Shown one piece after another: positions 49,271 through 55,721 of a DNA stretch of 64,000 nucleotides. A program made the position numbers and the translations under genes. The DNA lies in the IMG/VR virus record IMGVR_UViG_3300037067_003400, positions 96,001-160,000 of that record. One strand, 5' to 3'. Positions within the stretch are counted from its first letter, which is position 1. Each line of letters starts with the position of its first letter. Below the pieces are notes generated by a model. The model saw nothing but the letters and a program-made list of their open reading frames with translations. It was not told the DNA's origin and did no database searches. The stretch is from a virus. Its lineage: Duplodnaviria; Caudoviricetes.

Positions 49271-49983
49271 TACCTACTCATCCTTTCATCTATTACTTCT
49301 CTTGCTTTCTGTAAATAATTTTGGAGATCTAATGGTTTATGTATTTTATAACCATCCTCGTCTTGTTCTGCAATATCTATAGCATAAAGTATTGTATCTA
49401 AATTACTAATAGATAGTAGATAATTGAACTGACCTACATAAGATTTTATTTCTTTGTGTAATATAGTTTGTGTTAGCTTAGTTTTATAATATTCTAATAA
49501 GTCATTCATTGTAAAAGAGTTTACTAATTCTACTGTTGGCACAGCTGTTGTTCTTGATATAACCCCATCCTTAAACGTAAAGGATGGTATCTCTATATGC
49601 TTTAGTATATGATGAAAATGTATTTCATCTAATAGGAGCTCTCTATCAATATCATTTGTTTCTTCTACTATTAACTCACTAATCCATTCATACTTTCTTC
49701 TTGGTACAGCCTTTAATGAAGCCCTACAGTTTTCTACTAATGTAGTAAGGTTAATCTTTTTAGTTTTTAAATCTCTAAGGATCTCAAGGTTTTTAATATA
49801 AAGGGGATTAGTTTCATAACTACTAACAAAATCTGTTTTCCCAGAATCCCACAAACCAAGAGATATACCTGCTGTTCTAAAGAATACTTTTAATATATCC
49901 AGTTCTTCTTTGGATGCTTTTCTCATATGATACCTCCACTTATACCTATTATAGTATACCCAGTTGACTGATACCTTAAACAA
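49270..49983 (-). CDS. hypothetical protein coupled to the helicase (possible loader); true start probably MRKAS
   Basis: TAATG overlap with the helicase start; GGAGG SD before the internal Met. Confidence 0.6.
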   Translation of the reverse strand: MFKVSVNWVYYNRYKWRYHMRKASKEELDILKVFFRTAGISLGLWDSGKTDFVSSYETNPLYIKNLEILRDLKTKKINLTTLVENCRASLKAVPRRKYEWISELIVEETNDIDRELLLDEIHFHHILKHIEIPSFTFKDGVISRTTAVPTVELVNSFTMNDLLEYYKTKLTQTILHKEIKSYVGQFNYLLSISNLDTILYAIDIAEQDEDGYKIHKPLDLQNYLQKAREVIDERMSR

Positions 49984-50021
49984 AAAGGGGGTTACTTAGA
50001 TTGTGGACTCTAAGCAACCCC
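49982..50021 (-). terminator. intrinsic terminator
   Basis: Minus strand GGGGTTGCTTAGA..TCTAAGTAACCCC followed by CTTTTT. Confidence 0.75.
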
Positions 50022-50047
50022 GTACGATTAATATGGAATTAAAATCT

Positions 50048-50380
50048 TTATTTGTTTTTATTAATAAGTTTTTTGTATTGATTGTAGAAGAACTCAACTA
50101 ACAAGTTAGCTACAGCATCTGGCATATTACATCCATTGTTTGCGGCTATCTCTTTAAGTTGTTTGGCTGCCCAATCTTTCTTCTGCTCATCATTATACTC
50201 TGATAGTGTTGCTGCCATAAGTAGTACTTCAAGAATCTTTTCTTTACCACCAATTAGCTTAGCCCACTTCTGAGACTCTTTTGTAAGTGCTGGCCAATAC
50301 CGTGCAATTACAATACCACCTAAACTAAGAAAGAAGCTTATGAGCTCCCAATTCTTAATAATTCCGCTGAGAAAATCCAT
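50048..50380 (-). CDS. holin-like membrane protein (LL-H type)
   Basis: Single N-terminal TM helix, QKKDWAAKQL..LLVE pattern, basic tail; SD before 50380. Confidence 0.55.
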   Translation of the reverse strand: MDFLSGIIKNWELISFFLSLGGIVIARYWPALTKESQKWAKLIGGKEKILEVLLMAATLSEYNDEQKKDWAAKQLKEIAANNGCNMPDAVANLLVEFFYNQYKKLINKNK

Positions 50381-50792
50381 TATTACCTCCTGAGGTATAG
50401 CTCCTATTCTGGTTATTCCCATATTGATTGTTCTGCTGGGAGTATCCATAGTTCTGATAACCTTGCTGGTTATTATATTGGGATCCATTGTTACCATATT
50501 GAGAACTATTGTTACCATATTGGGAACTGTTCCCATATAATATACTTACTATGTAATATGGATCAGTGTAAAGCAATGGTATTTTTTCCCACTGCACTTC
50601 ATTATATTGTGTAGCTCCAGTAGTTGTTACTGGTTCTATAGTTTTCTTTTCTGGGGTAGTTTTTGCCGGCGTAGTGGTAGGTGCTGGTGTTACTTGTGTT
50701 ACCTGTGTAACAGCTCCAGGCTCTTTAGATTCTTGTGCAAGTAATCCAACTGAACCTATCATTAGCAAGAATATAGTTAAACAGTGTTTCAT
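50355..50792 (-). CDS. secreted protein with Thr/Pro linker and Asn/Gln/Tyr/Gly repeats
   Basis: Signal peptide; YGN(N)(S/G)SQ repeats. Confidence 0.7.
   Translation of the reverse strand: MKHCLTIFLLMIGSVGLLAQESKEPGAVTQVTQVTPAPTTTPAKTTPEKKTIEPVTTTGATQYNEVQWEKIPLLYTDPYYIVSILYGNSSQYGNNSSQYGNNGSQYNNQQGYQNYGYSQQNNQYGNNQNRSYTSGGNNGFSQRNY
50475..50537. repeat. imperfect coding tandem repeat of about 21 bp, three units
   Basis: ATTGTTACCATATTG occurs twice 21 nt apart, plus a degenerate third unit. Confidence 0.7.
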
Positions 50793-50802
50793 TGTTGTCT
50801 CC

Positions 50803-51321
50803 TTAAGAGAACTGGCTTACTAACTGAGCTGCCATATCTGCTCTATAGTTTTTATTCTTATCTAACAAGTTATTCATTACTACTCTTAAAGGTGATCTAT
50901 ATACTAATCTAAATGTAACGAAGTGACTTATGCTATCATTAGGAGCTACTACTTTTATTCTTAGGGTTCCATCAGTTTGTATTTTTACTTCACCTTCTGG
51001 TGTAGATACTGGAGCTTCTAAGTTAAGTAAAGATGTTAAGGCTGTTTTAGTTGTCCAATATTTGTTGATAACATTAGCCCCTACTGCTAGAGATGCTGTT
51101 ACATCTGTTGGAGCTGTAGTTGCTGGTATCCCATCAATCTCATAAGTCTCTGTTAGAACAAGTCCGATAGTTGACCCTGCTACAGGGTTAGGGTTAGTGT
51201 ATGCTGCCTTTATAGTCCAGCCCCCAGATTCCCATGTCGCTGTCACTCCCTGAGATAGAGAGGGGAGCACTGAGAGAACCAAGAGGGTTAGAGATAGTAA
51301 AACGTTCTTCAGATATTTCAT
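50803..51321 (-). CDS. secreted beta-rich protein
   Basis: Signal peptide ending SLS. Confidence 0.7.
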   Translation of the reverse strand: MKYLKNVLLSLTLLVLSVLPSLSQGVTATWESGGWTIKAAYTNPNPVAGSTIGLVLTETYEIDGIPATTAPTDVTASLAVGANVINKYWTTKTALTSLLNLEAPVSTPEGEVKIQTDGTLRIKVVAPNDSISHFVTFRLVYRSPLRVVMNNLLDKNKNYRADMAAQLVSQFS

Positions 51322-51622
51322 TGTATATTCCTTTCACGTGTGTTATTATATTATGTGTTGTTGTTTCAGTGGTACTAACTACTATCTTTAGGACAGCTCC
51401 TGGTGGAAGAGGATCCATAGATACAAATTTTAGAGTCTGTATTGAAGTCTGGGTGTTGTTAGATATCTCTATGTCACAAGGATATTGATACATCCAGACC
51501 TCATAGTGTGAGCCAGCTACTAAAGTTTCATTGTAAAGTTCAACACCTACATCAAAGTTCACTTCATAGCAAAGAGCTGGTATACTTAATATTAATAAAA
51601 GTATAGTTAGTAATATTTTTAT
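51194..51622 (-). CDS. secreted protein with probable ATA start
   Basis: In-frame extension gives (M)KILLTILLLILSIPALC; AGGAG lies 6 nt before the ATA. Confidence 0.5.
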   Translation of the reverse strand: MKILLTILLLILSIPALCYEVNFDVGVELYNETLVAGSHYEVWMYQYPCDIEISNNTQTSIQTLKFVSMDPLPPGAVLKIVVSTTETTTHNIITHVKGIYNEISEERFTISNPLGSLSAPLSISGSDSDMGIWGLDYKGSIH

Positions 51623-51740
51623 TAGAGTCTCCTAAATCCTTTTGATAAGATATATAGCAAGTGCTACTCCTACAACTATTAGAACTACAGTAAGTACTGT
51701 TGTTAACATGTTAATCTCCTTTCTAAATTTCTCCTCCCTA

Positions 51741-51893
51741 TTATTTACTTTTTCTAACTCTATTAGGTAGTTTTCTACCACGGCTTGCATCATCCCAGTG
51801 TTTTACTTGAGCTTTTCCTCCTAAAGCTTTAGTCCCAGAACGGCTATGTGCCCATTTTCTCTGTTGGTTGCTGCGATAAGGCGTTAGTATCAC
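51741..51893 (-). CDS. 50 aa basic phage protein (not in ORF track)
   Basis: Manual translation MILTPYRSNQQRKWAHSRSGTKALGGKAQVKHWDDASRGRKLPNRVRKSK; start codon uncertain. Confidence 0.55.
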   Translation of the reverse strand: MILTPYRSNQQRKWAHSRSGTKALGGKAQVKHWDDASRGRKLPNRVRKSK

Positions 51894-51902
51894 CTCACTT
51901 TA

Positions 51903-51978
51903 TGGTGGAAGTTAGCAGATTCGAACTGCTGACCTATTCCTTGCAAAAGAATTGCTCTCCCAACTGAGCTAAACCCCC
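51903..51978 (-). tRNA. tRNA-Ala(UGC)
   Basis: Cloverleaf, anticodon loop TT-TGC-AA, GTTCGAATC, encoded CCA. Confidence 0.95.
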
Positions 51979-51983
51979 ATACT

Positions 51984-52067
51984 TGGTAGGGATGATAGGA
52001 CTTGAACCTACAAGCTAAAAGCGACACGTTCTAAGCGTGTTATGTCTGCCAGTTTCATCACATCCCT
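51984..52067 (-). tRNA. tRNA-Leu(UAG)
   Basis: ACACG-CT-TAG-AA-CGTGT, long variable arm, encoded CCA. Confidence 0.95.
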
Positions 52068-52068
52068 A

Positions 52069-52142
52069 TGGAGCCCCATCTAAGAATTGAACTCAGGTCC
52101 ACGGTTTACAAAACCGTTGCTTTACCACTAAGCTAAAAGGGC
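52069..52142 (-). tRNA. tRNA-Thr(UGU)
   Basis: ACGGT-TT-TGT-AA-ACCGT, GTTCAATTC, encoded CCA. Confidence 0.92.
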
Positions 52143-52508
52143 GTCTTGTTTCTTTATATATTTATTTAGTACTGATTCTATTTCTTTAGAAAAGGTATCG
52201 AAGGTAGCATCTACTATACCAGTGCCTTCACAATATATACAGGTAACTGAGTAATGTCCAGCATGGCATTCTCCATGCCGCCATTTACTTTCATTACACT
52301 CAGGACACTTAACCTTTAGAGCTGGCATAATAGGGTGATCCTCTTGGTTATACATACTTAGTAATTCTTTAATTTCTGTTTCTAAGCTTCTTCTTACTAA
52401 TCCACCTTGACAAGCGTCACAAGTTCTTGTATAAGAACCAGCCTCAACTACTCCTGATATAACACCTGTACCATTACATTTACTACATGTTCTCATATTG
52501 TCCCCCAC
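52128..52508 (-). CDS. DnaJ-type CxxCxGxG Zn-finger protein
   Basis: CSKCNGTG, CDACQG, CPEC, CIYCEGTG; the last 15 nt overlap tRNA-Thr. Confidence 0.7.
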   Translation of the reverse strand: MGDNMRTCSKCNGTGVISGVVEAGSYTRTCDACQGGLVRRSLETEIKELLSMYNQEDHPIMPALKVKCPECNESKWRHGECHAGHYSVTCIYCEGTGIVDATFDTFSKEIESVLNKYIKKQDALLA

Positions 52509-52512
52509 TATT

Positions 52513-52586
52513 TGGATTCAGGAGAAGGAGTCGAACCTTCATTAAGTGGTCCAAGGCCACTTGTCCTGCCATTAGACTATCCTGAA
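52513..52586 (-). tRNA. tRNA-Gln(UUG)
   Basis: AGTGG-CC-TTG-GA-CCACT, GGTTCGACTCC, encoded CCA; C at position 33. Confidence 0.85.
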
Positions 52587-53204
52587 TTAATCTTTTAATT
52601 CACTTACGTCAAAGCATACCATGCCAAGAGTTTCGAAGACTATATCTAAACTAACAGAGTACGCTGATGCACTTAAATATAATTTACGATCTTCTATTAA
52701 AGTATAGTGCCCATTGGTAACATCTATTGGTATATCTATTACTCTTTGTATACTTGTATAGAAGTCATCCTTTGCAGTAAACTTATCTAAAGTGTCAACT
52801 ATATCTTTTACTAAAGGTCTTAATATTTTCTCGTCTACTTGTAAGGTTAAGTCACCCTCAATAATTTTCTGGTCTATTATTGGCATTTGGTTTGTAAATT
52901 TCATTAGAACTTACCAGGTGCCCATTCTTCCCACTGTCCATCAGGAATCTTTAAGTTATGTCTTCTATATTTAAGGTATCTTACTGGTAATCCACAGAAT
53001 GGACAGTATCTGGGCATTCTCCACTCGATTGGTGTGCTATAGTATTGTTGGTCTGCTCCAGTATCCTGCTCTACACATCCTACTATATATTGTCTACCTT
53101 CTGTTGGTGTGGGGTCTGCTATTTTCCAATCACAGAAAGCCTCTTCACACTTACAGGGTTCTTTTTTATTTAGTTTGTTTGATTTCTTTCCCATTTAGTC
53201 CTCA

Positions 53205-53465
53205 CTAATCTTTCTTAATAAAGTCTCGTATTCTAATCTCTTCTTCACTCCACACAACACCAGTGCCATTACATGTTCTACAGGTTTCAGGTAACGTTGA
53301 GCCTGTGCTCCAGTTATTACTTCCTATAGTCCTGTAAAATCCATTTGGTACTGATTGGTGCCCTTTACAAACTGGGCATGTGTGTGGTATCTTCACTTTA
53401 TATCCTGCAGATTTATTACGTTGATTAAAGTTCTTAATCAAAAACTTATTCATCTCCCAGTGCAA
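53205..53465 (-). CDS. DnaJ-type Zn-finger protein
   Basis: CPVCKG..CRTCNGTG. Confidence 0.65.
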   Translation of the reverse strand: MHWEMNKFLIKNFNQRNKSAGYKVKIPHTCPVCKGHQSVPNGFYRTIGSNNWSTGSTLPETCRTCNGTGVVWSEEEIRIRDFIKKD

Positions 53466-53709
53466 TATACTTTAAGAAAACTTCTTCTGACATTCTACCA
53501 AGACTATCTAATGCGTCCAGTACTTCATCATCTTCAATCCACTCTCGGATTATATCTTTTACTATTGTTTCATTCTCAAGTTTGTATTGGTAAGCTTTTT
53601 CTACAGCAACAGCTGTATTATCCCCTGCATATAAGTTAATACCTCTTATCCCATCAGTTGCCCAAGTCTCAGTCCAATCATCGGATTCAAGTATGTATAC
53701 TTTAGTCAT
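53446..53709 (-). CDS. hypothetical protein (start MTKVY)
   Basis: GGAGG SD at 53715-53719; the upstream part of the tracked ORF is a structured leader. Confidence 0.65.
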   Translation of the reverse strand: MTKVYILESDDWTETWATDGIRGINLYAGDNTAVAVEKAYQYKLENETIVKDIIREWIEDDEVLDALDSLGRMSEEVFLKYIALGDE

Positions 53710-53727
53710 GATATCCTCCAGTTGTGT

Positions 53728-53790
53728 AGGACGCTGCCCCTGGTTGGGGATTAGTGGTATAAGTGCAGGGGCAGATTTAATAATCGTCCT
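53728..53790 (-). ncRNA. candidate structured 5' leader or small RNA
   Basis: Nested perfect stems AGGACG/CGTCCT and CTGCCCCTG/CAGGGGCAG directly after a promoter motif. Confidence 0.5.
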
Positions 53791-53806
53791 CATTTATATT
53801 ATACCC
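53788..53806 (-). promoter_or_regulatory. putative promoter, GGGTATAATA-type
   Basis: Minus strand GGGTATAATATAAATGAGG. Confidence 0.6.
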
Positions 53807-53828
53807 ACTAATTATAGTTTTAACCACT

Positions 53829-54089
53829 TTATCTAACCATACGACTTAAACAATCTAACTTGTTATTTATAGATTTTAAAGTAGCTATTACTTCAGTAAG
53901 TAGGGTTCCTATAGTATTTCCTTCTTCATCATAAGGAACATATTTTTTAACTATAGCCTGTTCTTGTTGGTTATTTACTGGGACTAATCCTTTTCCTCCA
54001 CAACTTTTACAGTCTGCTTGTTTGCCTTTACATTCTGGGCAGGACTTAAAAAGTTTACTATTTAGTAATCCATTATTTAGCATAGTCAT
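53829..54089 (-). CDS. DnaJ-type Zn-finger protein
   Basis: CPECKG..CKSCGGKG. Confidence 0.65.
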   Translation of the reverse strand: MTMLNNGLLNSKLFKSCPECKGKQADCKSCGGKGLVPVNNQQEQAIVKKYVPYDEEGNTIGTLLTEVIATLKSINNKLDCLSRMVR

Positions 54090-54951
54090 CTTCCTCCACT
54101 AACGAGAGTAGGTAGTTAGTATATATTACTGAGTTGTAGTTCATTGCTATTTTTTTAAGTTGTTCTTTACTTATGTAACCAAGTTTGTATGCTACTTCAC
54201 CTGGGCAGCAAACAGGTTGCCCCTGTCTATGTTCTATAGTATGTACGAACTGACTGGCTTCCAAAAGAGAATCAGGTGTACCTGTATCAAGCCAGGCGAA
54301 TCCTCTTCCCAGAAATATTGTATTAAGCTTTTTATATTTTAAGTATAAGTTATTAAGATCTGTTATCTCAAGTTCTTGTCTATCAGAATAAGCTAATGAT
54401 TTCACTAACTCTACTACATCTGAATCATAATGATATAAACCAGTTACAGCCCAATCTGATTTGGGATGTGTAGGTTTTTCTTGTATCTCTATAACACGTC
54501 CATCTATGTCTAATGTAGCTACACCGTATTCACTTGGGTCACTAACTTTATATAGGAATATAGTAGCCCCAGGATTATTATTAGCTTCTTTTATTTTGTC
54601 TGAGATACCATCTCCATAAAATATATTGTCACCAAGTATAAGTGTGCATGGATTGTTTCCTATAAAGTTTTTTCCTATTATAAAAGCTTCTGCTATACCT
54701 CGTGGGTGTTCTTGAATAGCATAAGTTAGTTTTATACCTAATGCTTCTCCAGATCCTAATAGCTCATTAAACTTAGGAAGGTCTTGTCGTGTAGATATGA
54801 TAAGTATATCTCTTATTCCCCCAAGCATTAGTATACTTAGTGGGTAGTATATCATTGGCTTATTATATACTGGTAATAACTGTTTGCTAACTACTTTAGT
54901 TAGTGGGTAGAGTCGTGTTCCTGAACCTCCTGCTAATATGATTCCTTTCAT
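54073..54951 (-). CDS. rmlA: glucose-1-phosphate thymidylyltransferase
   Basis: MKGIILAGGSGTRLYPLT..SKQLLPVYNKPMIYYPL, LGDNIFYG, EKP, LGRGFAWLDTGT. Confidence 0.97.
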   Translation of the reverse strand: MKGIILAGGSGTRLYPLTKVVSKQLLPVYNKPMIYYPLSILMLGGIRDILIISTRQDLPKFNELLGSGEALGIKLTYAIQEHPRGIAEAFIIGKNFIGNNPCTLILGDNIFYGDGISDKIKEANNNPGATIFLYKVSDPSEYGVATLDIDGRVIEIQEKPTHPKSDWAVTGLYHYDSDVVELVKSLAYSDRQELEITDLNNLYLKYKKLNTIFLGRGFAWLDTGTPDSLLEASQFVHTIEHRQGQPVCCPGEVAYKLGYISKEQLKKIAMNYNSVIYTNYLLSLVEEDDYAK

Positions 54952-54960
54952 GATATTCTC

Positions 54961-55074
54961 CTAAATTACATTAGTAGATTTCTTGGCAGCATCCTTTGCT
55001 TTTTTTGCAAGCTTACGTTCTTTAGGTGTTTTCTTTAAAGCTTTACTGTCTCGTTTAATTGATTTTTCAGCCAT
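54961..55074 (-). CDS. 37 aa Lys-rich peptide (not in ORF track)
   Basis: MAEKSIKRDSKALKKTPKERKLAKKAKDAAKKSTNVI with AGGAGG SD. Confidence 0.65.
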   Translation of the reverse strand: MAEKSIKRDSKALKKTPKERKLAKKAKDAAKKSTNVI

Positions 55075-55083
55075 GTATTCCTC

Positions 55084-55254
55084 CTAAGTTTTTTCAGTAG
55101 ATGCTAATGTTGGGTTTCCATATATATTTCGTTCTTGTACTTTAGTAAGTTCGCCATCTACGTAGTATTTAATCTCGTTACCTTCTATCATCTGTATTAG
55201 ATGAACCCATTTACCATCTATAAAATGCCATGTGTTAAGTTTTTCTATTAACAT
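55084..55254 (-). CDS. 56 aa peptide resembling a LamG/ConA strand fragment (not in ORF track)
   Basis: DGKWVHL...IKYYVDGEL; AGGAGG SD. Confidence 0.55.
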   Translation of the reverse strand: MLIEKLNTWHFIDGKWVHLIQMIEGNEIKYYVDGELTKVQERNIYGNPTLASTEKT

Positions 55255-55270
55255 AATATCCTCCTAATTA

Positions 55271-55411
55271 TACACTGGGATAGGGAGTAGTCGCTCTACT
55301 TCCACCCAGTGTGTGCCCACATAAGTGGGGTTTTCAGACTGTATACCCGAAGGTATACAACTGTAGCACAACGCTCACGTCATGCTGTGTCCAGTTACCG
55401 AAGCTTCTGGA
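55271..55411 (-). ncRNA. candidate structured RNA with five adjacent hairpins
   Basis: GC-rich intergenic island; cUUCGg loops and G-U pairs read on the minus strand. Confidence 0.55.
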
Positions 55412-55415
55412 GGGA

Positions 55416-55706
55416 TCAATTGTGAAAGGCATCTAATAGTACTCGTTGTCCCTCTTTAGAACTGAGTAATTTATTTAGAAGTCTTTGCGCTTTACATAGT
55501 TTATCCATGTCTAATGTTTTACCATTAGTATCTTCTTCTATGCCTTTTGCTATTAGAGCATTTAGTTTATCTTTGTTCTTTTCTATATCAGCGTAGAATT
55601 GTTCATCTGTGTATTCATCATCTACACCAATTTCTATAGCAGGTTCCCCATCCATAGAAATGAATGCTCCATATTTGCGTCTAAATTGATCTTCTGTTAC
55701 TAACAT
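55416..55706 (-). CDS. hypothetical protein
   Basis: 96 aa ORF ending immediately before the structured element. Confidence 0.65.
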   Translation of the reverse strand: MLVTEDQFRRKYGAFISMDGEPAIEIGVDDEYTDEQFYADIEKNKDKLNALIAKGIEEDTNGKTLDMDKLCKAQRLLNKLLSSKEGQRVLLDAFHN

Positions 55707-55721
55707 TTTTACAGTCCTATC

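Noticed and set aside
50381-50536. N-terminal extension of the holin-like ORF
   Set aside because: It is an alternative frame of the repeat region of the upstream secreted protein; the SD supports 50380
53710-53793. N-terminal 28 codons of tracked ORF 53446-53793
   Set aside because: The ATG sits at the predicted transcription start and the region forms strong stems; a GGAGG SD supports the start at 53709
55271-55411. Hammerhead or tRNA identity for the hairpin cluster
   Set aside because: CTGAAAA is not followed by the CUGANGA/GAAA core arrangement, and there is no cloverleaf or T-loop
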